Source: Pseudomonas aeruginosa PAO1
GTDB lineage: Bacteria > Pseudomonadota > Gammaproteobacteria > Pseudomonadales > Pseudomonadaceae
Length of the DNA: 64,000 nt
NCBI RefSeq assembly: GCF_000006765.1
Contig: NC_002516.2
Direction: 5' to 3' (one strand)
Part shown: positions 31,370 to 43,769 of the stretch, one piece after another
Position numbering within the stretch: the stretch's first letter is position 1
Layout: each line of letters starts with the position of its first letter
Notes under the pieces: generated by a model
Database searches by the model: none
The model's input: only the letters and a program-made list of their open reading frames with translations
Told to the model about the DNA's origin: nothing
Position numbers and translations under genes: made by a program

Positions 31370-32530
31370 ATGAATCCGAACAGCGAAGAGCTGAACGCGA
31401 TCCGCGAGGGCGTACGTGCCCTCTGCGCCGAATTCGACGCCGCCTACTGGCGCCGCATCGATGAGCAGCGCGGTTTTCCCGAGGCCTTCGTCAAGGCCCT
31501 GACCGACGCCGGCTGGCTCTCGGCGATGATCCCGGAGGAGTACGGCGGTTCCGGTCTGGGCCTGGCCGAGGCCTCGGTGATCCTGGAGGAAGTCAACCGC
31601 TGCGGCGGCAACTCCGGCACCGTGCACGGGCAGATGTACAACATGTTCACGTTGCTGCGTAACGGCAGCGAGGCGCAGAAGCGCTTCTACCTGCCGAAGC
31701 TGGCCAGCGGCGAGCTGCGCCTGCAGTCGATGGGGGTGACCGAGCCGACCACCGGCACCGATACCACCAAGATCAAGACCACCGCCGTGCGCAAGGGCGA
31801 CCGCTATGTGATCAACGGGCAGAAGGTGTGGATCTCGCGGATCCAGCACTCCGACCTGATGATCCTGCTGGCGCGCACCACGCCGCTGGCCGAGGTGAAG
31901 CGCAAGTCCGAAGGCATGTCGATCTTCCTCGTCGACCTGCGCGAGGCCATCGGCAAGGGCCTGACCGTGCAGCCGATCGCCAACATGGTCAACCACGAGA
32001 CCAACGAGCTGTTCTTCGACAACCTGGAGATCCCCGCCGATAGCCTGATCGGCGAGGAAGGCAAGGGCTTCCGCTACATCCTCGACGGCCTCAATGCCGA
32101 GCGCACCCTGATCGCCGCCGAATGCATCGGCGACGGCCGCTGGTTCATCGACAAGGCCAGCCACTATGCCCGCGACCGCGTGGTCTTCGGCCGGCCGATA
32201 GGGCAGAACCAGGGCGTGCAGTTCCCCATCGCCGAGGCGCACATCGAAGTGGAGGCCGCCGACCTGATGCGCTGGCGCGCCTGCCAGGAGTACGACGCCG
32301 GGCTCAACGCCGGGGCCAGCGCGAACATGGCCAAGTACCTGGCGGCGAAAGCTTCCTGGGAGGCGGCCAACGCCTGCCTGCAGACCCACGGCGGCTTCGG
32401 CTTCGCCTGCGAGTACGACGTCGAGCGCAAGTTCCGCGAGACCCGCCTGTACCAGGTGGCGCCGATCTCCACCAACCTGATCCTGTCCTACGTGGCCGAG
32501 CACCTGCTCGAACTGCCGCGCTCGTTCTGA
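31370..32530 (+). CDS. Acyl-CoA dehydrogenase (probably methylsuccinyl-CoA type)
   Basis: TEPTTGTD, NGQKVWIS, QTHGGFG and RETRLYQV ACAD motifs. Confidence 0.88.
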   Translation: MNPNSEELNAIREGVRALCAEFDAAYWRRIDEQRGFPEAFVKALTDAGWLSAMIPEEYGGSGLGLAEASVILEEVNRCGGNSGTVHGQMYNMFTLLRNGSEAQKRFYLPKLASGELRLQSMGVTEPTTGTDTTKIKTTAVRKGDRYVINGQKVWISRIQHSDLMILLARTTPLAEVKRKSEGMSIFLVDLREAIGKGLTVQPIANMVNHETNELFFDNLEIPADSLIGEEGKGFRYILDGLNAERTLIAAECIGDGRWFIDKASHYARDRVVFGRPIGQNQGVQFPIAEAHIEVEAADLMRWRACQEYDAGLNAGASANMAKYLAAKASWEAANACLQTHGGFGFACEYDVERKFRETRLYQVAPISTNLILSYVAEHLLELPRSF

Positions 32531-32544
32531 AGCGGGAGCCGCCC

Positions 32545-32925
32545 ATGCAGATCGACCGTCTCGACCACCTGGTGCTCACCGTCCGCGACATCGACGCCAG
32601 CATCGATTTCTACACCCGCGTGCTGGGCATGCGCGCCGTTACCTTCGGCGCGGGTCGCAAGGCCCTCGCCTTCGGTGCGCAGAAGATCAACCTGCACCAG
32701 GCCGGGGGCGAATTCGAACCCAAGGCCGAGCGACCTACGCCAGGGTCCGCCGACCTCTGTTTCATCGTCGCCACGCCACTCGAGGCGGTGGCCGAGCAAC
32801 TGCGCCAGCAGGCCGTGGAAATCCTCGAGGGCCCGGTGCAGCGCACCGGCGCCGGCGGGCCGATCCTCTCGCTGTACCTGCGCGACCCCGACCTGAACCT
32901 GATCGAACTGAGCAACCCGCTGTAG
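32545..32925 (+). CDS. VOC/glyoxalase-family protein
   Basis: LDHLVLTV, QKINLH and YLRDPDLNLIELS motifs. Confidence 0.85.
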   Translation: MQIDRLDHLVLTVRDIDASIDFYTRVLGMRAVTFGAGRKALAFGAQKINLHQAGGEFEPKAERPTPGSADLCFIVATPLEAVAEQLRQQAVEILEGPVQRTGAGGPILSLYLRDPDLNLIELSNPL

Positions 32926-32963
32926 GCCGCGTGCCTCGGGACAACTACAAGAGAGCGTTGGTC

Positions 32964-34316
32964 ATGACCGACTACACCCAGCAACTCGCCGGCTTTCTCG
33001 CCGGCCTGCGCTACCAGGACCTGCCGCCGGCGGTGCTGGCGCGGATGGAAGAATTGTTCCTCGACTGGCTCGGCTCGGCGCTGGCCGGCAAGGGCCAGCA
33101 TCCGATCCCATTGTTCGAGCGCTACGCCGAACGCATGGGCCCGGCCGACGGTAGCGCGCAGATCCTGCCCAGCCGGCGGCGCAGCTCGCCGTATTTCGCC
33201 GCCCTGGTGAACGGCGCGGCTTCCCACGTGGTGGAGCAGGACGACCTGCACAACAGCTCGGTGCTGCACCCCGCGGCGGTGGTCTTCCCTGCTGCCCTGG
33301 CCGCGGCCCAGGACCTCGGCCGCAGCGGCGCCGAGCTGATCCTCGCGGCGGTGGCCGGCTACGAGGCCGGCATCCGCATCGGCGAATTCCTCGGCCGTTC
33401 CCACTACCGGGTGTTCCATACCACTGCCACGGTCGGCACCCTCGCCGCGGCAGTGGCGGTGGGCAAGCTGATGGACTTCGACCGCGAGCGCTTCGTCGAC
33501 CTGCTCGGCAGCGCCGGAACCCAGGCCGCCGGGCTCTGGGAGTTCCTCCGCGACGCCGCCGATTCCAAGCAGTTGCATACCGCCAAGGCCGCCGCCGACG
33601 GGCTGCTCGCCGCCTATCTCACCGCCGACGGCCTGAGCGGCGCGCGACACATCCTCGAAGGCGAGCAGGGGATGGCCGCCGGGATGTCCAGCGACGCCGA
33701 CCCCGAGCGCCTGGTGGATCGCCTCGGCAGCCGCTGGGCGTTGCTGGAAACCTCGTTCAAGTTCCACGCCTCGTGCCGCCATACCCATCCCGCGGCCGAC
33801 GCGCTGCTGGCGCTGATGCAGCGCGAAGGGCTCGATCACTCGCAGATCGCCGCGGTCACCGCGCGGGTCCACCAGGGCGCCATCGACGTGCTCGGCCGGG
33901 TGGTCGAGCCGCAGACCGTGCACCAGGCGAAGTTCTCCATGGGCACCGTGCTGGGCCTGATCGCCGTGTACGGCAAGGCCGGCCTCGGCGAGTTCCATCG
34001 GCATGCGCTGAGCGACCCGCGGGTCGCAGCGTTCCGCGAGCGGGTCGAGATGCGCCTGGACCCGGAGGTCGACGCCGCCTATCCGCAGCGCTGGCTCGGG
34101 CGGGTCGAAGTACTGGATCGCGAAGGGCGGCGCCATACCGCCGCCATCGACGAACCCAAGGGCGATCCCGGCAATACCCTCAGCCGCGACGAACTGGCCG
34201 ACAAGTTCCGCCGCCTGCTGGCGTTCTCCGGCGCGGCCACCGACGCCGAGGCGGAAATCCTTATCCAGCGCGCCTGGGGCCTGCGCCAGGCGCCTTCCGT
34301 AGCGCCGCTGATCTGA
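32964..34316 (+). CDS. MmgE/PrpD-family protein
   Basis: EQDDLHNSSVLHP, FHTTATVG, FKFHASCRHTH and KGDPGN motifs. Confidence 0.88.
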   Translation: MTDYTQQLAGFLAGLRYQDLPPAVLARMEELFLDWLGSALAGKGQHPIPLFERYAERMGPADGSAQILPSRRRSSPYFAALVNGAASHVVEQDDLHNSSVLHPAAVVFPAALAAAQDLGRSGAELILAAVAGYEAGIRIGEFLGRSHYRVFHTTATVGTLAAAVAVGKLMDFDRERFVDLLGSAGTQAAGLWEFLRDAADSKQLHTAKAAADGLLAAYLTADGLSGARHILEGEQGMAAGMSSDADPERLVDRLGSRWALLETSFKFHASCRHTHPAADALLALMQREGLDHSQIAAVTARVHQGAIDVLGRVVEPQTVHQAKFSMGTVLGLIAVYGKAGLGEFHRHALSDPRVAAFRERVEMRLDPEVDAAYPQRWLGRVEVLDREGRRHTAAIDEPKGDPGNTLSRDELADKFRRLLAFSGAATDAEAEILIQRAWGLRQAPSVAPLI

Positions 34317-34371
34317 TCAACCGAACCAGCCGCACCTCGTCTTCGACGGACGAGGGCAGGGAGTCCGACCC

Positions 34372-35574
34372 ATGACACAATCCCACCGACCGCGCCCGCT
34401 CGACGGCATCACCGTGGTCAGCCTGGAGCACGCCATCGCCGCGCCGTTCTGCACCCGCCAACTGGCCGATCTCGGCGCGCGGGTGATCAAGATCGAACGC
34501 CCCGGCGTCGGCGATTTCGCCCGCGGTTACGACGAGCGGGTCAACGGCCTGTCGTCGCACTTCGTCTGGACCAATCGTTCCAAGCAGAGCCTCAGCCTCG
34601 ACCTCAAGCAGGCCGAGGCGCTGCCGTTGCTGGAGAAGCTGCTGGCCGGCGCCGACGTGCTGGTGCAGAACCTCGCGCCGGGCGCCGCCGCGCGCCTGGG
34701 CCTGTCCTACGAGGCGTTGCGCGAGCGCTTCCCGCGACTGATCGTCTGCGATATCTCCGGCTACGGCGAAGGCGGTCCCTACGAGAAGAAGAAGGCCTAC
34801 GACCTGCTGATCCAGAGCGAGGGCGGCTTCCTTTCGGTGACCGGCGGCGCCGGGCCGAACGAGATGGCCAAGGCCGGCTGTTCGATCGCCGATATCGCCG
34901 CCGGCATGTACGCCTACAGCAGCATCCTTTCGGCCCTGCTGCTGCGCGAGCGCACCGGCGAGGGCAGCCGCATCGACGTGTCGATGCTGGAGAGCCTGGT
35001 GGAGTGGATGGGCTACCCGATGTACTACGCCTACCAGGACGCGCCGCCGCCGCCGCGCGCCGGCGCTTCGCACTCGACCATCTACCCCTATGGGCCATTC
35101 CCCGCCGGCGACGGCGGCACGGTGATGCTCGGCCTGCAGAACGAGCGCGAGTGGCGGGCCTTCTGCGACAAGGTCCTGCGCCGCCCGGAACTGGCCGACG
35201 ACGAACGCTTCTCGGCGAACTTCAAGCGCTCGGCCAACCGCGAGGAGCTGCGTGCGCTGATCGTCGAAGCCTTCGCCGCCTTGCCGGCCGCCGAGGTGGT
35301 GGCGCGCCTGGAACAGGCGCAGATCGCCAGCGCCCACGTCAACGACATGGCCGGGGTCTGGGCGCACCCGCAGTTACAGGCGCGGCAACGCTGGACCTCC
35401 ATCGACAGCCCGGCCGGGCGCCTGCCGGCGTTGTTGCCGCCGGCCAGCAGCAGCGCCTTCGTTCCGCGCATGGATGCGGTGCCGGCGCTGGGCGGCGACA
35501 GCGACGCGCTGCTTGCCGAACTGGGCTGTACCGCGGCCGATATCCAGCGCCTGCGCGCGACCGGAACGGTATGA
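34372..35574 (+). CDS. ict: Itaconate CoA-transferase (family III CaiB/BaiF)
   Basis: AAPFCTRQLADLGARVIKIE, NRSKQS, SGYG and SIADIAAG motifs. Confidence 0.87.
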   Translation: MTQSHRPRPLDGITVVSLEHAIAAPFCTRQLADLGARVIKIERPGVGDFARGYDERVNGLSSHFVWTNRSKQSLSLDLKQAEALPLLEKLLAGADVLVQNLAPGAAARLGLSYEALRERFPRLIVCDISGYGEGGPYEKKKAYDLLIQSEGGFLSVTGGAGPNEMAKAGCSIADIAAGMYAYSSILSALLLRERTGEGSRIDVSMLESLVEWMGYPMYYAYQDAPPPPRAGASHSTIYPYGPFPAGDGGTVMLGLQNEREWRAFCDKVLRRPELADDERFSANFKRSANREELRALIVEAFAALPAAEVVARLEQAQIASAHVNDMAGVWAHPQLQARQRWTSIDSPAGRLPALLPPASSSAFVPRMDAVPALGGDSDALLAELGCTAADIQRLRATGTV

Positions 35575-35584
35575 GGAGGCGGAC

Positions 35585-36412
35585 ATGAACCGACAGATCG
35601 TGCGCAGCGCGCTGTTCGTCCCGGCGACCCGCCCGGAGCGGATCCCCAAGGCCCTTGCCAGCGGCGCCGACCGGGTCATCGTCGACCTCGAGGATGCGGT
35701 GGAGGAGGGGCTGAAGGTCGAGGCGCGGGCCAATCTCCGGCGTTTCCTCGTCGATACGCCGGAAGCCCGGGTGCTGGTGCGGATCAACGCGGCGGAGCAT
35801 CCCGGGCATGCCGACGACCTGGCGCTGTGCCGCGACCACGCCGGAGTGATCGGCCTGCTCCTGCCGAAAGTGGAGAGCGCCGCCCAGGTGCGCCACGCCG
35901 CCGTGGCCAGCGGCAAGCCGGTCTGGCCCATCGTCGAGAGTGCCCGCGGCCTTGCCGCGCTGGGCGAGATCGCCGCCGCCGCGGGGGTCGAGCGGCTGTC
36001 CTTCGGCAGCCTCGACCTGGCCCTGGACCTCGATCTCAACAGCGGCAGCAACGCAGCCGAACAGATTCTCGGTCACGCCCGTTACGCACTGCTCCTGCAA
36101 ACGCGCCTGGCAGGCCTGGCGCCGCCGCTGGACGGCGTCTATCCGGCGATCCAGAACCGTGCCGGACTGGTCGAGGCAGTGCGCTTCGCTCGCGACATGG
36201 GCTTCGGCGGGTTGCTGTGCATCCATCCGAGCCAGGTCGAGCCGATCCACCAGACATTGATGCCGAGTCCCGCGGAACTGGAGTGGGCGCGTCGGGTGGC
36301 AGAGGCCGGCGCCTCCGGTGCCGGCGTCTTCGTGGTCGACGGCGAGATGGTCGACGCGCCGGTGCTGGGGCGCGCGCGACGCCTGCTGGAGCGGGCCGGG
36401 GAGGGTGGCTGA
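35585..36412 (+). CDS. ccl: (S)-citramalyl-CoA lyase (CitE/HpcH family)
   Basis: RSALFVP, DLEDAV, FGSLDL, CIHPSQV and GEMVDAP motifs. Confidence 0.87.
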   Translation: MNRQIVRSALFVPATRPERIPKALASGADRVIVDLEDAVEEGLKVEARANLRRFLVDTPEARVLVRINAAEHPGHADDLALCRDHAGVIGLLLPKVESAAQVRHAAVASGKPVWPIVESARGLAALGEIAAAAGVERLSFGSLDLALDLDLNSGSNAAEQILGHARYALLLQTRLAGLAPPLDGVYPAIQNRAGLVEAVRFARDMGFGGLLCIHPSQVEPIHQTLMPSPAELEWARRVAEAGASGAGVFVVDGEMVDAPVLGRARRLLERAGEGG

Positions 36413-36414
36413 AC

Positions 36415-36466
36415 GCGTTCGACAGACGCGAACGCGGGCTTGAGCAATGGCGAATTCTCCGAACGC
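36415..36466. promoter_or_regulatory. Second copy of the itaconate LysR operator upstream of the TRAP transporter
   Basis: GCGTTCG-N7-CGAACGC followed, after the same 10-nt spacer, by AATGGCGAATTCTCCGAACGC; 39/52 identical to 30393-30444. Confidence 0.65.
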
Positions 36467-36516
36467 GCCGGCTGCGTCAGGCTCGTCGATACCTCGAAAG
36501 CACAACAACAATCTGA

Positions 36517-37521
<1,005 letters not shown>

Positions 37522-37569
37522 CCCGTCCGGCCCCGCCCGGCCGGGCGGGGCATTGTGGAGAACGCTGCG

Positions 37570-38208
37570 ATGAATCGACTCGTGCGCGTCTGGAACCGCT
37601 TCGAGGAGGGCGCTATCGCCTTCCTGCTGGCGGCGATGACGCTGGTGACCTTCCTCTATGTGGTGATGACCAACGTCTTCACCCTGTTCTACGACCTCGG
37701 CGACCGCCTGCCGACACTGCGGGCTCCGCTGTACTCGATGGGCGACGCGATCCTCGGGGTAGCCCAGGATATGTCCTGGAGCAACGCGCTGACCAAGGCG
37801 CTGTTCGGCTGGCTGATCTTCCTCGGCATCGCCTACGGCGTACGCACCGCCGGCCACCTCGGGGTGGATGCCCTGGTGCGCCTGGCGCCGCGTCCCTTGC
37901 AGCGCCTGATCGGGATACTCGCCTGCCTCTGCTGCCTGGGCTACGCCGGGCTGTTCATGGTTGCCAGCTACGACTGGGTGAAGACCCTGTTCGTCGCCGG
38001 CATCGGCGCCGAGGACCTCGACCACTTCGGCATCCTCCAGGCCTACATCGCGGTGGTGGTGCCGGTCGGCTTCGGCCTGGTGCTGCTGCGCTACCTGGAA
38101 ATCCTCGTCAACCTGTTGCGCGGTCGCCAGCTCGGGCTGGGCCTCGCCGACGAGGCCGCCGAGGCCTCCAAACTGGCCGGCGAAGAGGCCGGGGAGAACC
38201 GTCCATGA
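37570..38208 (+). CDS. dctQ: TRAP small membrane subunit (DctQ paralog)
   Basis: Four TM segments; YGVRTAGHLGVD motif. Confidence 0.85.
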   Translation: MNRLVRVWNRFEEGAIAFLLAAMTLVTFLYVVMTNVFTLFYDLGDRLPTLRAPLYSMGDAILGVAQDMSWSNALTKALFGWLIFLGIAYGVRTAGHLGVDALVRLAPRPLQRLIGILACLCCLGYAGLFMVASYDWVKTLFVAGIGAEDLDHFGILQAYIAVVVPVGFGLVLLRYLEILVNLLRGRQLGLGLADEAAEASKLAGEEAGENRP

Positions 38209-39488
38209 CCGTGCTGATCCTGTTCCTGCTGCTGTTCCTGTTCATGTTCATCGGCGTGCCCATCGCCATCTCCCTGGGGCTGTCCGGCGCCCTGACGATC
38301 CTGCTGTTCAGCCCGGATTCGGTGCGCTCGCTGGCGATCAAGCTGTTCGAGACCTCCGAGGCCTACACCCTGCTGGCGATCCCGTTCTTCCTGCTCTCCG
38401 GCGCGTTCATGACCACCGGTGGCGTGGCGCGGCGCCTGATCGACTTCGCCAATGCCTGCGTCGGGCATATCCGCGGCGGCCTGGCGATCGCTGCGGTGCT
38501 TGCCTGCATGCTGTTCGCCGCGCTGTCCGGTTCGTCGCCGGCGACAGTGGCGGCGGTCGGCTCGATCGCTGTGGCCGGCATGGTCCGCTCCGGCTATCCG
38601 CGCGCCTTCGGCGCGGGGATCATCTGCAATGCCGGGACCCTGGGCATCCTCATCCCGCCATCGATCGTGATGGTGGTCTACGCCGCCGCCACCGAGACCT
38701 CGGTGGGCAAGCTGTTCGTCGCCGGGGTGGTTCCGGGGCTGCTGCTCGGGGTGATCCTGATGGTGGTGATCTACATCGTCGCGCGGGTCAAGAAGCTGCC
38801 GGCGCAGCCGCGCGCCAGCTTCCGCGAGTGGCTGGCCGCCGCACGCCGTGCAGGCTGGGGCCTGTTGTTGCTGGTGATCATCCTCGGCGGCATCTATTCC
38901 GGGCTGTTCACCCCCACCGAGGCGGCGGCGGTGGCGGCGGTGTATTCGGCCTTCGTCGCGCTGTTCGTGTACAAGGACATGCGCCTGCGCGACTGTCCCA
39001 AGGTGCTGCTGGAGTCGGGGCGGCTGAGCATCATGCTGATGTTCATCATCGCCAATGCCATGCTCTTCGCCCACGTGTTGACCACCGAGCAGATCCCCCA
39101 GCAGATCACCGAATGGGTGGTGCAGGAAGGCCTGACCCCGATCGGCTTCCTGCTGATGGTCAACGTGGTGCTGCTGGTCGCCGGCAGCTTCATGGAGCCC
39201 TCGGCGATCGTGCTGATCCTGGCGCCGATCTTCTTCCCCATCGCCATGAAGCTGGGCATCGACCCGATCCACCTGGGCATCGTCATGGTGGTGAACATGG
39301 AGATCGGCCTGGTACACCCGCCGGTCGGCCTCAACCTGTTCGTCACTTCGGCGGTCACCGGCATGCCGCTGGGGGCGACCATCCGCGCGGCGCTGCCGTG
39401 GCTGATGATCCTGCTGCTGTTCCTGATCCTGGTGACCTACGTGCCGTTGATCTCGCTGTGGCTGCCGGGCCTGCTGGGCATGAGCTGA
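38205..39488 (+). CDS. dctM: TRAP large membrane subunit (DctM paralog)
   Basis: LLAIPFF, ALSGSSPAT, GILIPPS and HPPVG motifs; ATGA overlap with dctQ (true start 38205, not the 1013-aa track ORF). Confidence 0.9.
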   Translation: MTVLILFLLLFLFMFIGVPIAISLGLSGALTILLFSPDSVRSLAIKLFETSEAYTLLAIPFFLLSGAFMTTGGVARRLIDFANACVGHIRGGLAIAAVLACMLFAALSGSSPATVAAVGSIAVAGMVRSGYPRAFGAGIICNAGTLGILIPPSIVMVVYAAATETSVGKLFVAGVVPGLLLGVILMVVIYIVARVKKLPAQPRASFREWLAAARRAGWGLLLLVIILGGIYSGLFTPTEAAAVAAVYSAFVALFVYKDMRLRDCPKVLLESGRLSIMLMFIIANAMLFAHVLTTEQIPQQITEWVVQEGLTPIGFLLMVNVVLLVAGSFMEPSAIVLILAPIFFPIAMKLGIDPIHLGIVMVVNMEIGLVHPPVGLNLFVTSAVTGMPLGATIRAALPWLMILLLFLILVTYVPLISLWLPGLLGMS

Positions 39489-39634
39489 GGTCGCGGCGGC
39501 GGGGCGCGGGACGCGCTCCGCCGCTGGCGCAAGGCTACGATCGGCGCGGCTTATAGCTACTATCGGCGCTGTCGCGCAGTGGTAAGACCATGGTCGTATG
39601 GTTCGTGGGGTGTGCGCTCGCTACAACTGGGCAC

Positions 39635-39645
39635 AACAAAAACAA
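39635..39645 (+). promoter_or_regulatory. Hfq/Crc CA motif in the acsA leader
   Basis: AACAAAAACAA about 25 nt before the ATG. Confidence 0.65.
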
Positions 39646-39669
39646 CACTCACGTACCGAGGTTAAAGCC

Positions 39670-41625
<1,956 letters not shown>

Positions 41626-41644
41626 CTTCCGCCTGATCCGAAAC

Positions 41645-41678
41645 GACCCCGCGCGGTGCGAGCCGCGCGGGGTCTTTC
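41645..41678 (+). terminator. Terminator after acsA
   Basis: 12-bp stem GACCCCGCGCGG/CCGCGCGGGGTC followed by TTTC. Confidence 0.75.
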
Positions 41679-41984
41679 ATTTGGCGCGGGCCGAGGAGGA
41701 GGGCGTTTCGAATGGGCTCGCGCCGGGAATGGGGCGGCGGTAACACTTCGGTGATGCGCGCCTGCGCATAATTGGGGCGAGAGGAAACGCCACGCACAGC
41801 CAAGGTGCGACACGGGGTAGCAGTCGAGGCGAGTCGTAGCGGGCAAGCCATTGAAGGAGAAGGAATTGGCAATTTATGGCTTGAGATTTGCTTTACTCAT
41901 TGATTACACTTCGCGCTTTCCGGGCACAAATGTCGCTGCCTGTCAATATCGCCGAATGCCCTCTTCGGTGCTTTTATAATTAGT

Positions 41985-42000
41985 TGTCGCATTGAAGAAA
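41985..42000 (+). promoter_or_regulatory. ArgR binding site upstream of aotJ
   Basis: TGTCGC-ATTGAA-GAAA matches TGTCGC-N6-GNAA; further TGTCGC hexamers at 41931 and 42016. Confidence 0.7.
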
Positions 42001-42165
42001 TAACCACTTTCGGCCTGTCGCTAGAATGCCGCTCACCCCAGCTGGCGCCCTGTCCACGAGAAGGCGCCATGCGCAAGAGCCGGTGATCACGCATATCCGT
42101 CGGCAGCCTGGGCAAGGTTCTATTTCTCCTGCCAATCGATGCCATCCCCTTCGAAGGAGTTCCAG

Positions 42166-42945
42166 ATGAAGAAGCTCGCACTTCTCGGCGCCCTGGCGCT
42201 GTCCGTGCTCTCCCTGCCCACTTTCGCCGCCGACAAGCCGGTGCGCATCGGCATCGAGGCGGCCTACCCGCCGTTCTCGCTGAAGACCCCGGACGGCCAG
42301 TTGGCAGGCTTCGACGTGGATATCGGCAATGCCCTCTGCGAAGAGATGAAGGTGCAGTGCAAGTGGGTCGAGCAGGAGTTCGACGGCCTGATCCCGGCAC
42401 TCAAGGTGCGCAAGATCGATGCGATCCTCTCGTCGATGACCATCACCGACGAGCGCAAGCGTTCGGTCGACTTCACCAACAAGTACTACAACACTCCGGC
42501 GCGCTTCGTGATGAAGGAAGGCGCCAGCCTCAACGATCCCAAGGCCGACCTGAAGGGCAAGAAGGCCGGCGTGCTGCGTGGCAGTACCGCCGACCGCTAC
42601 GCCTCCGCCGAACTGACCCCGGCCGGCGTCGAAGTGGTGCGCTACAACTCCCAGCAGGAAGCCAACATGGACCTGGTGGCCGGTCGCCTCGACGCGGTGG
42701 TCGCCGATTCGGTGAACCTCGAGGACGGCTTCCTCAAGACCGATGCCGGCAAGGGCTACGCCTTCGTCGGTCCGCAACTGACCGATGCCAAGTACTTCGG
42801 CGAAGGCGTCGGCATCGCCGTGCGCAAGGGCGATAGCGAGCTGGCCGGCAAGTTCAACGCGGCCATCGACGCGCTGCGCGCCAACGGCAAGTACAAGCAG
42901 ATCCAGGACAAGTACTTCAGCTTCGACGTCTACGGTTCGAACTGA
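42166..42945 (+). CDS. aotJ: Arginine/ornithine ABC transporter periplasmic binding protein
   Basis: Signal peptide; [20 protein letters not shown] family 3 SBP motifs. Confidence 0.95.
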   Translation: MKKLALLGALALSVLSLPTFAADKPVRIGIEAAYPPFSLKTPDGQLAGFDVDIGNALCEEMKVQCKWVEQEFDGLIPALKVRKIDAILSSMTITDERKRSVDFTNKYYNTPARFVMKEGASLNDPKADLKGKKAGVLRGSTADRYASAELTPAGVEVVRYNSQQEANMDLVAGRLDAVVADSVNLEDGFLKTDAGKGYAFVGPQLTDAKYFGEGVGIAVRKGDSELAGKFNAAIDALRANGKYKQIQDKYFSFDVYGSN

Positions 42946-42960
42946 CGCTATCCGTCAGAG

Positions 42961-43007
42961 GTGGCACAAACGTCCGCGACGCCTCGCGCTGTTTGTGCCA
43001 CTTTTTT
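42961..43007 (+). terminator. Intra-operon terminator-like hairpin after aotJ
   Basis: GTGGCACAAAC/GTTTGTGCCAC 11-bp stem followed by TTTTTT. Confidence 0.6.
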
Positions 43008-43063
43008 ATTGACTGGACGCCACTGCTTTAGCGCTGCATTAGCTGCATAGAGGTACCGTTTTG

Positions 43064-43753
43064 ATGATCACTGGCTACGGTGCGACCATCGTCGATGGCG
43101 CCTGGCTGACTCTCCAGCTGGCCCTGCTTTCCATGCTCCTGGCCATCGTCCTCGGCCTGCTGGGCGCGGCCTTCCGCCTGTCGCCGGTGCGCTGGCTGGC
43201 CTGGTGCGGCGACCTGTACGCCACGGTAGTGCGCGGCATCCCCGACCTGGTGCTGATCCTGCTGATCTTCTACGGCGGCCAGGGCCTGCTGAACTGGGTC
43301 GCCCCGCAACTCGGCTACGACGACTACATCGACCTGAATCCCTTCGTGTCCGGCGTCGGCACCCTCGGCTTCATCTTCGGCGCCTATCTCTCGGAGACCT
43401 TCCGCGGCGCCTTCATGGCGATTCCCAAGGGGCAGGGCGAGGCCGGCTACGCCTACGGCATGAGCCACCGCCAGGTGTTCTTCCGCATCCAGGTGCCGCA
43501 GATGATCCGCCTGGCGATCCCCGGCTTCACCAACAACTGGCTGGTGCTGGTCAAGGCCACCGCGCTGATTTCCGTGGTCGGCCTGCAGGACATGATGTTC
43601 AAGGCCAAGCAGGCCTCCGATGCGACCCGCGAGCCGTTCACCTACTACCTCGCCGTGGCCGGCCTGTACCTGCTGGTGACCAGCGTGTCGCTGCTATTGC
43701 TGCGCCTGCTCGAACGCCGCTATTCGGTCGGCGTGAAAACCGCGGAACTGTGA
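43064..43753 (+). CDS. aotQ: Arginine/ornithine ABC permease
   Basis: RGIPDLV and AYLSETFRGA EAA-loop motifs. Confidence 0.93.
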   Translation: MITGYGATIVDGAWLTLQLALLSMLLAIVLGLLGAAFRLSPVRWLAWCGDLYATVVRGIPDLVLILLIFYGGQGLLNWVAPQLGYDDYIDLNPFVSGVGTLGFIFGAYLSETFRGAFMAIPKGQGEAGYAYGMSHRQVFFRIQVPQMIRLAIPGFTNNWLVLVKATALISVVGLQDMMFKAKQASDATREPFTYYLAVAGLYLLVTSVSLLLLRLLERRYSVGVKTAEL

Positions 43754-43769
43754 GTCAAGGGGCCCTATC

